Assembly: GCA_964106915.2 (NCBI GenBank)
Contig: OZ066927.1
Source: Podarcis gaigeae
Taxonomy: Eukaryota
Reading direction: 5' to 3' (one strand)
DNA: 64,000 nucleotides
Below, piece by piece: positions 36,901 through 49,245 of this stretch. The notes under the pieces are model-generated. The model saw nothing but the letters and a program-made list of their open reading frames with translations. It made no database searches and had not been told where the DNA came from. Made by a program: the position numbers and the translations under genes. The first letter of the stretch is position 1; the number at the start of each line of letters is the position of its first letter.

Positions 36901-39900
36901 GGCTCTGCAACTTGCTCTTGCCAAGCACCCCACCCCTCCTCACTGTAGGGACAGCCCTCCAGGTAGGGGTGGAGGAAGGCAGCCATTTCCCTTCTTTACC
37001 AGCCTCGTTTCCATTCTGCTGCAGTTCAGTTTCCACCAAATACGACGTAATTTGTCTTGCTGCCTGCTGTTCGATGTAGGTTAAAATTATGTGACGTGAG
37101 TAACTGTTTGGGTGGCTTACATACATTTCAAGGTGAAATAAATATCAAAAGAATGTAAGGAAAGAAAGAAACACTTATCATTCTTTGTCATCTGCAGACT
37201 TGAAAACTACAACAGGAACATATATGGACCCTTTTTGCTTGACAGATTTCTGAACAGGCAAAATGGAGCCATTCCCTCATCCTTTTCTGTTTCTGTCAGA
37301 ATCAGCATCCCTCCCTCTGGTGGGGCTTACTGATAATCCTCTGAGGGGACTCATAGGAGGTGGAGATGGCCACCAGCTTTGAAAGATTGCTTTAAAAGAT
37401 TAGACAAACTCATGGAGGCAGCTGTGCTTCTGAATACCAGTTCCTGGAAAGCACAGAAAGAAAGGGAGTTCATGTGCTCAAATCCTGTTTGCTGGTTTCC
37501 CATTGAGGCATGTTGTTGGCCACCATGAGAAGAGGATGCTGGACTAGATGGGCCCTCATTGGCCTGATTGAGCAGGCTCTTGTTTCCATGATCCTGCTCC
37601 TCAACCAAAAAAGGCTTCTCTTTGAGGGATCTAAGCCAGAAGAGCCTCTTTCCTGGCTAGAACTGAGCTGGCTTTCCAGAGGGGAAACAGCCTGGCAGGA
37701 CAGCCAGAGGTGGCACTTGGCTTCTTTGGTCCCCCTGACCACCACCCACGTCTGTCCTCCTTTGGCCCTTGCAGCCTGGCACTTGGTTGGTGTCTGCGGA
37801 GGCTTTGCCTTCATCCTGGTCCAGCTGGTGCTGATCACAGCCTTTGCTCACACCTGGAACAAGAACTGGTGAGTCTCCCTTCTGGATGGAATGGGTTGGG
37901 GCACCTTCCTGGACCACAAGGGGGCCGGAGAAGGGAGGGAGCTGGCCTCAGGTCGGTGCTCCAAACAAGCTTTTCCCTCGTTCTCTCACAGGCTGACAGG
38001 CGCCTCCACGGACAAGCGTTGGTACCTGGCTATCTTCCTGGCCACACTGGGCTTCTACACCATAGCCTCCACCGCTTACACTTTCCTGTACAAATTCTAC
38101 ACCCACCCAGGCGGCTGTTTCCTCAACAAGGGGCTGCTGGCCTTCAACGGTGCCCTGTGCCTCCTCATGTCCTTCATCTCCATCACCCCCTGCGTCCGCC
38201 TGCGTGAGTAATGGCATGTGTGGATTTTACAGCACAGGGTGGTATTGGAGGGACGGGGGCTCGCAGCCTTCGGTGGCCTGCAACAAGTGAAGTGTAGAGC
38301 ACTCTCAGGGCTTAATTGCCCAAAGAAGCACTGAACTAGTGCCCTCTTCTCCCTGGAAGTTCCTCTCCCAAGGATGTTGAGTTCGAGGTGGTTTCCTTAG
38401 AGGGGTGGGTGCTAGGAGGGTAAATTTTTTAAATCAAATACTCACCTAAGAGACCAGGCTTCTAGGTACACAACAAGGTGAAGCAGAAAGAATAGGTCCA
38501 GGTGCAAAAGGTGGACCCTGTCACAGGGAGCTCAGCAAGGAAGGGGATCAGAGAGCCAGAGGCCTGTGATGTTTCCAGCAACTGGAAGGGTCAAGAGGAG
38601 GCTTATATACTCTGCCTCCTAAAGCACACCCTAACTACAGCTTCTGGCAGTGAGGGAGCATCAGGAATCATGTACACACAAGTAGACCAAAGACTCTGGG
38701 CCGATAGATACAGACTGCATTTTCACTCTTTATTGTTGGGATGGGGATGTTTTTTGAGGACACCGATAACCCTTTATTTCCCTTGCACCTGCCTGCTCCC
38801 AGGACAGCCAAGCTCCAGCCCCTTACAGGCCTCCATCATCTGCTGCTACGTCATGTACCTGACCTTCTCTGCCCTGTCCAGCCGGCCACCAGAGAAAGGT
38901 CTGTGTCAGCTCTGAGCCTTTGCCTTCTGGGGAGATCCACGGGGGTGAGGCAGGCCCTCAATCAGCTAATGGCATTTTCCTCCTCCTCTCCCACAGTGCA
39001 GTACAAGGGGCAGAATCTCACCATTTGCTTCCCCAGTGTGAGCAAGGATGGGATGCAGACTGAGGACACAACGGTGGCTATCCTGGGGGCTGGGGTCATG
39101 TACGCCTGCGTCCTCTTTGCCTGGTGGGTACCTGCCTATGTGTCCCCAGAGGTCTCAGATCCCAAGCCAAGGATTGACCCCAGCTTGCCAGAGTGGGCCA
39201 GAGGAGGGGTCTGGGAATAAGGGAACTGCACTGCCACCCATTCCTGTTACAAGATAATAGACTGGTGGAGAATGCAGACAAGTTACACACCGGTCACATT
39301 GGACTTCTGGGGTAATGCCCTCAGGCTGCCCACCAAGTGATTCTTTCCTCAAAGCAATTTGGGGCAGCCCTGACAGGGAGGAGCAGAGCCCGCCTGCTGG
39401 ACTCCTGGCATACTGGGATGGATTCTGTGTCAGAGAAACAGGACAGGCTGTCCATCCCATCCTGTGGTCAGCTTGTATACAATGGCTGGGTAGAGGATGG
39501 GCTGTGCTCAGGAAGGGCTTCTGCTGCTGATTTGCTCATCCTTGTCCTCCTCCTCCTGCAGCAATGAAGCATCAATGCTCGCTGAGCTGTTTGGACCTCT
39601 GTGGATGGTCAGGATCTACAGCTTTGAGTTTAAGGTGGGTTCCAGGAAAGGGTCCAGTGTGGGGCAGAAACCCTCTTGAGAGGCAGCTGCTGATCTTCAA
39701 TGCTTTCCCCCCTAACCTCCAGCTCCTGAAACGATTCTCCATTGCCCAAGAGGATTCTCTGCTCTTTTATCATTTATTTGTTATTTAGCATTTCAAGTTG
39801 CAACCATTGTATGTGTTTGGGCAGAAAAGCAGGCAATAAAATGAATGTCTCAGTGTCTGAGGCCTGCTTCTTGGGATACTGCCTGTGTTCAAGTTCTAAT

Positions 39901-41244
39901 GTCCAAATGCACAATCTGCTTTGTTCCCACAATGTATATCTCATGGATTTCCCCTGCAAAACACTGGCAGGGGTGGGCCCAATCCTAGCCTGGTTACCAC
40001 TTCCAAATACAACCAGGGTAGGATTCCCCCTTTTTCAGCTAGAGGGGAAAAGCCAGCACCCTCTGTAACTGATACTAGGCTCCCTCTTTGTTTCCTGGGA
40101 AGTCAGGACTCCACAGACCACCCTCAGGATGGGGATGGAGAGCCTCCGGACTTCCAGATGTTGCTGGACTGCAACTCCCATTCTCTTCTCCCCATCCCCA
40201 ACCCCCTGGGGCCAGTCAGGCTGAGGCTGATGGGAGCTGAAGAGCCAGGTGTCCCCTATGACCACCATCGTGACTTAAGGGTTGGGTGAGGGTGTCACCC
40301 TGGCAGTTGCCAGCTGTGTTTCCATTGTGAGCTAAGGGGCAGCCAGGTGGCAAGAGGTTGCATGAGCAGTGGATGACCCATCCTGTTCTCTTTGCAGAAG
40401 GCGTCCTGTTTCTTCTGTTGCCCTGATAAGATGGAAGAGGAGGTAGCAGGTGAGTGCAATGGAGCCCCAGCAGCATCATAAGCCACTTGGGCCTTCCAGT
40501 GCCCCCCAACCCCATCCACTGTTGGGGTGCAAGGCAGGTATCTTAGGTATACATAGCAGGAGGAGCAATCTTTGGGGACACTCCTTATCTATGCTCTCCT
40601 AAATCTTTCCCCCAGATGCTCAAATAAGGGACAGGGGATGTGTACAGGACTCCCCAACAATGGGACACCCCATAAGAGTCAGGATAGCTGGTCATTCAAC
40701 CAGACACTGCTATTGGTGCAGAGCAGGGCTTTGGATCCCTGAGCTGTGTGAGCAGGAGGGCCCTTTTTCACCCCTGGCCTAGGGCAGAGAGGTGAGCAGG
40801 AAGGGTCCCCAGTGGAGCAGCAGATTGTGCACGGCGACCCTGTGGTCTACAGCTACTCCACCTTCCACTTTGTCTTCTTCCTGGCCTCACTGTACGTCAT
40901 GATGACTCTCACCAACTGGTTCAGGTAGGAACAAGGTGCCTGGTTCAGGTAGGAACAAGGGGAGTGGCAAAAGTGGGGGGGGGGGCAGCTTTGGAGCTTG
41001 CAATGCGACCTGTCTCTGCTCTCTTTGCAGTTATGAAAATGCGGTGCTAGAGACCACCTTCACTCATGGCAGCTGGTCCACCTTCTGGGTTAAGGTCTCT
41101 TCTGGCTGGGCCTGTGTCCTCCTCTACCTCTGGCTTCTGCTGGGCCCGCTCTGCCTCCCAGGCTCGCGCCAACGCAACAACACCCCCTTGCGTGTCTTGC
41201 GGCGTCAGCGGCGCAACCTTCACCGCATCAGTGTTGCTACGTAG
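30994..41244 (+). CDS. SERINC4: Serine incorporator 4 (about 512 aa), 12 exons
   Basis: Exons 30994-31095 (start least certain; alternative ATG 31069), 35361-35528, 36470-36648, 36773-36852, 37775-37868, 37992-38203, 38803-38898, 38997-39123, 39562-39634, 40398-40449, 40783-40924, 41031-41244. Total 1539 nt, in frame. SERINC motifs [59 protein letters not shown] at 41939. Lies between HYPK and SERF2 on the opposite strand, as for SERINC4. Confidence 0.93.
31962..32103. mobile_element. 142-bp MITE
   Basis: Perfect 13-bp inverted ends CATAGCTGTCAAC / GTTGACAGCTATG; flanking repeat AGAAGGAGG / AGAAGAAGG. Confidence 0.8.
35809..36159 (+). mobile_element. Full-length Sauria/Squam1-type SINE in SERINC4 intron 2
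   Basis: gggacacgggtggcgctgtgggttaaaccacagag...ggggtccctttacc; 14-bp target duplication TAAATAGTGGCACA / TAAATTGCGGCACA. Confidence 0.92.
36165..36400 (+). mobile_element. Older tRNA-derived (MIR-like) SINE
   Basis: A/B-box-like head (ggcacaatggttag...ggttcaaatccc) and (AATC)n tail; reversed relative at about 49325-49545. Confidence 0.6.
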
Positions 41245-44115
41245 CTGCTGCTGCCGCCACTGCCAAAAGGGCCTGGAGGCTCTTTTGCTTTTGCCACAGC
41301 CTGCCGTGGGCTTAGCCGCCTGCCACGATCACCAAAGGCCGGTGCCAAGAGACCCACCTGGTGCCAAGAGACCAGGCCTGGTCCGATGACTGCCTGCCAC
41401 TGGGTGCTGCATGTGAAGGCCGCCCACGATGCCACGTCCCGGTGCTGGCCACAGCATGCCTTGCCCCAGCGGGTACCTTTAATGTGAACGAGCCAGCAGA
41501 GTGGGGGCTCAGAGGAGGCAGGTGCTTTAATGGAAGGAGAGGATAAGGGTGGTGCTGATTGTCCCCCAGTGTTGGTTGCAAGGCTGGACAAAATACGAGG
41601 CAGAGCTCCAAGTGGCGAAGTCCCACTAATATGGACCAGAGAACTCCAGAGAGGAGGAGGAGGAAGGTGCACACAAAGAATCAGACACAGGAACACAGCG
41701 CCTCTCCCCAGTTCTCAGCCATTATCAGACACTGCAAGGTCTCGACAGTGAGCAACATCTGACCTGTAGTGGGGGGGGTGAGGGGGGCCTCCTGCTGTGG
41801 CACTTCTTCCCATGTGTACAGGTGTGGAAGGATAATCCTGCCAAATGGGGGGAGGAGGGTCCTGCCACGGTGCTGATTAACAAGGAGAGACAGACCCAAA
41901 GGGCTGGTGCTCATTGTGGACGTTGTATTTGCTCTGCCAATAAAATCTTGTTCAACTGTGATGCTGCTGGGTGCATTGATAGATTATGGGGCCCATCCTG
42001 CTCTCCTGAATCCTAATGGCTGCTCATGGACCTGCTTCCCCCACCGCTACTTCTTTCCTTCCGTATGAATTGCCCAGCCTTAGAACTCACAGCAGTGTAG
42101 CTGAGGCTAATGCGCCAACTTGGCAGGGTGGTTGTTGTTAGGCAGGACCTTTTAGTGTCGGGGGTGGGAGGATAGTAGAGGCTGGGCTTGCAAGACTCAG
42201 CTGAGAAAATGATGGAGCAAGCCCAGCATTGAAACAGCCTTCTCTCTCTGCTGGCTCCACCTGTGGTTCCTATTCCCAGTTGTAGCTGGAGAGGCCATCA
42301 GCGACTGAACCTGGACCTTCTGGTGCCTGCAAAGCCCATGTCAGTCCTTCCTGCAAGTGTTCCCACAAAGCATCACCTGGGAGGACTCTGTCCCACAGCC
42401 AGAGAACTCTTGAATTGGAACTTTGGTTTCTCTTTGCTCCTCAGGGGCAGGGGAGGAATGGGGAAGAGGCTAGTGCCACTCTTTATGCCAAAATTCCCCC
42501 CATCCTCTTTATCCCAAAGCACTGCAGGGAGACCTCCTATGGCCAAACATACTGTGGGTGTGGGTGGCACTGCCTCAACTGAGGCTGCGCAAGTTGCTGA
42601 CAGTTGGGAGATCTTGGGTTATTTCCCTGGGAGAGGAACTTTTGTTTAGAGTATCTCACCCAGGGCAGGTGAAGAGGGGTTAGAACATCCTCCCTAGGTG
42701 TGGATGGGGAATGCTCTGCCTTGCAAATCTGGGGGATCCTGCCTGGTTTGGGTCAGCTGCAATAGGAGAAGAATCAGAGGACAGACTCATCCAGGCCAGC
42801 ATTTGGGACAGGCTATGGCAACCTGACAAGAGCCAACAGAGCATAGTCTCTCCGTGGGGAAACTATGATCCCTGCAGTCATGGTAATCCAACTCCCTGCC
42901 CAGGTTCTTCTTCAAGGTCCGTTGCCTCTGAGGCAGAGTTCACATTTTGGGAGCCACTGGATGGGCAAGATCCAGTTCTGTGGGATGAAACCAGCCTGAG
43001 CCCCTTCCATTCCTTGTCAAGCAAACAGGTGATGCAAGGCCAGTTGGGGAGGGCACTGTGAAATCCAGTACGCAAGGTACTCCTGTGCCTGTGGGATGCA
43101 GCAGGTCTGAGATTGGGTCTCTCCTGATGACCAGACACAAGGCTGACCTCCCTCTCCCCCAGAGATAATCAGGGTCTGTGCAACTCCTGGAAGGAGGCTG
43201 GCCACAGAAAGGGAGAGCCAGAGAAAGCAACTACAGCTGACCAGGCCTGGGTACAGTCAGTAATGGGCTAGGTCCCGATTTTAACTCAACTGGTAAATAG
43301 AGCAAGGCAGGCACCGCACCAAACTGAGTGGGAAGAGCAACTATTCAAAATATGGCCAGGAAGTCTAACTCAGCTCTATTTAATTTTAAAAGGGAGGATT
43401 CTTCATCTTTTATGGAAGAAGGCTTTGCTCTAAGAAAGCCAGTTCAAGAAAGTGACATCACTTCATTGGAGGTAATTTAAAGCCACCAACATAATGCCTA
43501 AAATAAATGTTGGTTTACAGTCTAGAGGAGATCAACTTTAAACCACAGGATGCCAGCATGGCTAAGTAAGAAGGCTGTAAAAGGCAAGAAGGGATACAGG
43601 AGAGATGACCACAGTCACACCCTGCCTGCATCTGAGCTTACACAGACATCTCTCTGGGCATAGGGTGCTGGACTGGACCCCTGACCCAAAGAGGCAATCC
43701 TGGGTTTTTATGGGAGCCCTGGTATCAGGTGGTCACTGACTCTTGTCTGAATCGGTCCTGAAGAGTAACTACCTTGGCTTGCCCCAGCTGGGTTCTAGCA
43801 TTATAACAGAGGAGAAAAACCTATCTCTAAAAAGCCCCAAATGTTGCAACCTTGCCTCTTAAGGGATTTGCTGTAACCACTGGATTGTTTTGATTGCTCT
43901 TTCTGAACCTTTCCAGCTCTACTATTTTCTTTTCAAAGGTGTGAAGAGGCACCAGGCAAAGTCTCTCCTGTTTCTTGGGCTTTAGGGTAAAGGCTGTGTT
44001 TATGTAATTTTATATTCTTAGTCTGCCTGCTTTGGATGGCTTATTGGCTCGTGGCCTGATCTCACAGCTGTAGGGTCTCTGCATTGTTTTTAAGCATGTT
44101 GTTGTTGTTTTAAAT

Positions 44116-44389
44116 CGGGGTGGCCAACTCCCACGAGACTGCGATCTACTCACAGAGTTAAAAACTGGTAGTGATCTACCGCCCTTTTGGGGGTTGGGGG
44201 TTCAGGTCAAAGTTGTTGAGCTTTTTTGGGAAGGAAAATGGCCCATTTTTTAGGGGTGCAGGGCACAAAAGTTGATTTTTTTTTTTTAGGGAAGCCAAAG
44301 TTGTTGAGCTTCTTTTGAGGGTCCAGTGATCTACCTCAGACGTTCAGTGATCTATCGGTAGATCACGATCTACTTGCTGGACGTGCCTG
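44116..44389. mobile_element. hAT-type MITE
   Basis: Exact 8-bp target duplication TTTTAAAT (44108-44115 and 44390-44397); ends CGGGGTGGCCAAC / GCTGGACGTGCCTG; repeated GATCTAC subterminal motifs. Confidence 0.75.
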
Positions 44390-44933
44390 TTTTAAATCAT
44401 GACTGTCTAGACGTTTTTATGAATTGTTAAGTCAGTTTAAATGCTGTTTATGCCCCAAAGGTGGCAGACAAACCTTTTAAAAAATCAACATAAGAAAATC
44501 TTCCATGAAGCTACAAGTCAGGACTGTCTCCCATAGGCACCTCATCCTTACACTGTGCCAAATCTCAGCTTCTAGCTGTTGGTGATAGGATAGGCCCATG
44601 AACACTGTACAAGGCTGCAAACCACATAAACACACACACGGGCACAGTGGATAAATTGCTCCATCTCACTTCAGTGCAGCTGACCTGGCCCATCTCATTT
44701 CTTGCAGTAATTTTTTCAGCCTGGACAAATGGGTAAAACTACTTTAATGAAGTATCTTTATTCTAGCATTTGCCAGCTCCCACCAGGCTGGGGCTCCTCC
44801 TTTCTTCTCCAGCCTCAGCAGGAGGTGGTCTAGTGGCCCCCATAATGCCACTGTGGCTATAAGCAGGAGTGTGAGCGGTTGAGGGAGAATGAAAGGGAGC
44901 CACCACCTGGGCAGGCCCCCTCAGGGCTCTTGC

Positions 44934-46105
44934 CTACTTTGGCTGCTGCTGCTGAGTCTCTTCCTTCTTCTCCTTGGCAGCCTTCTGCTTCTGCTGCATG
45001 ATTTCTGAATCTCTGGGGAGAGAAAAACAGGCAAGGCAGTCAGGCTGTGGCCACTGAGTCCGGAAGGCGGACCTGGGCCTGAGGGCAGGTGCTGGGCTGC
45101 TGGCAAATAAAGGTAGGGCAAGGGCTGCCTCAGTCGCCACTGGGCCTGAGAGAAGGGGCTGTCACTCTGGCCTCTGAGGGCTTTGACAAGGGGCTAGGCT
45201 AGGATTTGAGTGGAAAGTAAGAGCAGGGATGGAGAAGCAGCAATAACCAGCCATAGCCAGTGGCGGAACCTCAGGCACAGCCGCAAGGATGTAGTGCGGG
45301 GGGGGGGCAGCTTCCCCCCTAAATCAACCAAAATCAATATAAATCTGATGTTCCCTCCCAACAAAAGCCTCCCCCCCCCCAACAAAAATCCTGGCGACAC
45401 CTGTGACTGGCAGCCTTAGCCCTCAACAGCAATGCCATGGAGGAGTCTTGAGACACCTTAAAGACAAACAGACTGAGAAGGGCATCCAAAGAAGCGGATG
45501 CCAGGAGCCCCGGAAAGCTTGTGCCACGAGAAGCCTCGTCCCTATCAGACAACAGGATGATGCCCACCGCTCACCGCCAGGGGCGGAAGAAATAGGAAAA
45601 GCAGGAAGGGTGGGGAGGCAGCCAACCGTTCCTGGCTCTTGTCCCGGCCAGGTCTTTTATGCTAAGGAGGAGGCGCCGCCTCCGGGCTCGAGGCCCGGCC
45701 CAGAAAAATACCCAGCCCGACCTTGTTCCCCTCCCGCCCGGCGCTCACCGTTGCTTGCGGGCGGCGGCGGAGAGGCCGTCGTCGCGGCGCTTGCCCTTGT
45801 CAGCGTTCTTCTTCATGTTCTTGCTGCGCGCCAGTTCGCGCTGGTTGCCCCCTGCACCGCGGAGAAAGGTAGTGCACGTGTAAGCGCGGCGGGGGCCGGT
45901 CAGGCGGGGCCCCGGGGGCCACTGCGGGCCGCCGAGCCTTGACGGGCGGGGGGAAAGGGCGGCAGAGGCGGAACTCCCCCCGCCTTGAGCAAGTCAAGGA
46001 GGCAACGGGACCTTCCAGCCCATATCCTCCCCCACCCACCGGAGGGTAATAAGGGGGCGCGAGACCGGACCGGGAGGAGGGGGGGGAGTCCCGCTTACGC
46101 GTCAT
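44934..46105 (-). CDS. SERF2: Small EDRK-rich factor 2 (62 aa), 3 exons
   Basis: Exons 46105-46099 (ATGACGC), 45851-45749, 45012-44934. Protein [62 protein letters not shown]. Minus-strand AATAAA at 44757-44762. Confidence 0.96.
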
Positions 46106-46420
46106 GGCTCCGCTTCGCTCGAGTCCCCGAGGCAGCTACGGCCACAGCCCTGCCCTGCTCCGCCCCCGTCGCCTGATTGGCCAATCCGCACAGAGGCCAG
46201 GAGGCTATTAGCCCGCCAGCGCCAAGAGGCGGCTACTGGACCAGGCGGACCATTCAGCGATTGGCTGCAGGGGAGGACGGCCAGAAATGAAGGCGGGGCA
46301 TCATGGAGGGCAACAGGCGCAACGTGGCGGTCTTGAAGCCCCTCCCCTGCGCCGCGAATGGCTGTGGAGCCAAGAGTGGCGGGGCCCGTAGGAGCTCCGC
46401 CCTCTCCTCTCCAGTCCTGG
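46106..46420 (-). promoter_or_regulatory. SERF2 CpG-island promoter
   Basis: GC box (ctccgcccc), palindromic double CCAAT GATTGGCCAATC (about 46175-46186), another GATTGG at about 46259. Confidence 0.6.
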
Positions 46421-47269
46421 GCACGGAGTTAGTGCTAGCAGTGGCAAGATTGACGGCCAAGCTCGCCCAGCAGAGGTGGTGCCGCGCGGGTTCCGTCCCC
46501 GTGGGATGGAGGCAGGACCGGCTCGATCATGGGTCAAAGCGAAGCCATTGTCTCAGACGGCAACAGATCCCAAAGCCCTTGTTTCTGATGTAGATATTCA
46601 CTCACCCCCCCTTCTTACTTGGCACTATTATGCGCTTCGCCTCAGGCACCAAAATGTATTGGGCCAGCCCTGGATGGAGCAGAGGGTCAGAGGGGGGCTT
46701 CCCAGCTGCTGCTCTGTCAAGGGGTCAGGAAAGGCTCACTCTGCAAGGAGTCAAGTTCTTTACCATACAATCATAGAGCTGGAATGGATCCTGGGGGTCA
46801 TCGGTCCAACCCCTCTGCAATGCAAGAATATGCAGCTCATCGAACCTGCAACCTTGGCGTTATAGGTGCCACACTCTAAGCAACTGAGTTATCCCTGGAT
46901 TATTCTGGGGCAGTGGTGGCAGGAGAGGAGTGGAACATGTTTTCAGTACCTGGTTAGGGTGCAGCCTCAATCACAGATTGGCCAAGTCAGGATGGCTCTT
47001 GTGCACCAAAACCCCTCTCTCAAAGCCCAGACCTTATGTAGGAAGCGCAGCGGCAGAGGAGATTTGGACTCACCATTGTCTGCCCTTCCTCACACACACG
47101 CCAAGGGAATCCTCATTAAATAACCAACATTGTCTAATCTCCCTGTGAGCAAATCAGGATCAATGCTCCATAAATGGATTGCCTGGCAGCACTGCCTTCT
47201 CTTCCTCAGGAACCAACTCCCCAGCTCCAACTTTCTCTCTCTATATATAGAATTTTCATTTATGACAAA

Positions 47270-47640
47270 CATTTCAAACAGAATCATCTTTACATATCAT
47301 ATTTTGACTTTCCACCCCCTCTTTCTCTTTTCCTTATATTTACTCTATTTTCCTGCATACCCGAATCTAAATCTATTTTATATTTTATTTCCATCCATTT
47401 TATGTATGTTTTCAATACTGCACATTTTTACATTAATCCTGCTAATGTTTTAATTCGTTTACAATGAGTTTGTAATTCAATAAAATTGTATTGTAATTCA
47501 ATAAAAGATTTTCATTCCCCTTTAAAGACTTTGTTATCTTGATTTCTTATTCTTCCATTAGGTTTTGCCATTTCTGCATATTCCATTAGTTTCTGCAACC
47601 ATTCTTCTTTTGAGGGGACATTGCCAGCTCTTTGCCCTCA
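47270..47640 (-). mobile_element. L1/Tx1-like LINE 3' fragment
   Basis: Minus strand reads ..PSKEEWLQKLMEYAEMAK.., resembling the C-terminus of squamate L1-clade ORF2; AT-rich 3' region. Confidence 0.5.
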
Positions 47641-49245
47641 GCAGCAACACCAGGAAGACTTCCTCCTGCAGGCAAGGCTCTTTCTTTGACTGCCCACCTG
47701 TGGAACTCCTGACTGCTTCAAAGAAGGCTGCCCACTACATTTGAGCACCAGGGCCTCTGCTAGGCTCCATTTCACCCAGACATGCCTGTTGTTGAGGATG
47801 AAGCTGTTCCTTTGTCCCATCTTCATCAGAGACTAGACACTTTTAGGCCAAGCACCCAAAAAAGAGTAGTTGAGTTGCTCTGCAGCCTACATCCCTTGCA
47901 TGAACTCACTACCGGGGTGACCCAGCACCTAAAGGTGCTCCTCTCTGAAAAACCAGGCCATAAGAGAGTCCTCCTGAGAGTTCTTAGAGGGAGGTGGGAA
48001 ATGTTGTTCCTAACTGAAACTGCAAGTACACACACAACCCTCTATGAAAATCCAGTTGCTCAGAGGTTATCTGCCTTCTACAATTTAGGGGATACTTTTA
48101 GGACAGAAGAGAAGTTATTCCTACTCTCCTACAAAGAAGGAGGACCTTCTCTGTACTTGACCTGCTACAGCTCATGAGTGAGGCTGCCACAAGAGAGGTG
48201 ATGGTGACTGGTGGTAAATATTGTGTGTGCAGTCAGAACACAGACAATTTCAACAGCAGCAAGAAGAAGAAGAAGAAGAAGAAGAACCCTGCCAAGGGAA
48301 ACCAGGCAACTGGGATATCAGAATGGCCCTTGGTGGATCTTCACAGCAATAAGGAACCCTTGAAGTACATGGCCCTTATGGTGCACATAGATGTACATCC
48401 TTGGGGGGGGGGGCAAGGCTGCTCTCCATACAACCAATTTTCACTCTTTTCAGCCAAACTGCAAAGTGCTGCCTGGCTGGCCCTTGTGGCAGTCATGAAG
48501 CCCCTCCTTTGCCCAGACTTGTGTTTCAAAGAGGTATGGGAGAAGAACACAACACAGTAAGAGTGGTGTTTGTCTGCTTTTAGAAAAGGGAGAATAATCA
48601 TGCCAGAAGCAGAGCACCCCACCCCACAATGCAGAAAACCCTTTGCCATTCCGTGCAGGGAGCTGTATGTCTGTCCACACCCTGGAATTTGTTCTCCTCC
48701 TCAGTTCAACACTAGGAACAAGCCAGTCTTTGGGATGAATGAGACATGTATTCCAAGGTGGCTTCCCTGCAGATTGGCAGGGAAATGAATAGAGCACAGA
48801 AGAAAATATAAGCAGCAAGCTGGGTTGCAGGGCAACATCCAGCCTCAGAGTATCCAGCTTCAGCAGATCTTCCCACCCTTTCACAATGACAGCCTTCCTT
48901 TACACTTAGGGAACATCATCATCAAAGGTGTCAATGAGAGCCAGCCACTTGACTTTGGGTGCCATGTTTCATTCTTGGATAAACGTCGCTTGCAAACCTC
49001 TCAATTGCTGCTGCTGGTGGTGGTGGTGGTGGTAGAGAAAAAGGAGGAGGAATAATTCCTTTTGGGACTTAGAGCCACACAGTTCCATAGCAGCTGTGGG
49101 TCTGCCCCATCCCAGGAGAAACAAGTGGGCACACACAACAAATATTTGGCCCTGACACCCCTCAGAAGTCCTTGCTGTTGGAGAAGGTGGAACTTCATAT
49201 TTCTGCAAGGCTTTCTACGGTCAACCCAGGAAAAGAAGCAGCCAC

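Noticed and set aside
36381-37079. 232-aa ORF inside SERINC4
   Set aside because: Composite of intron, an off-frame exon 3 and the in-frame exon 4.
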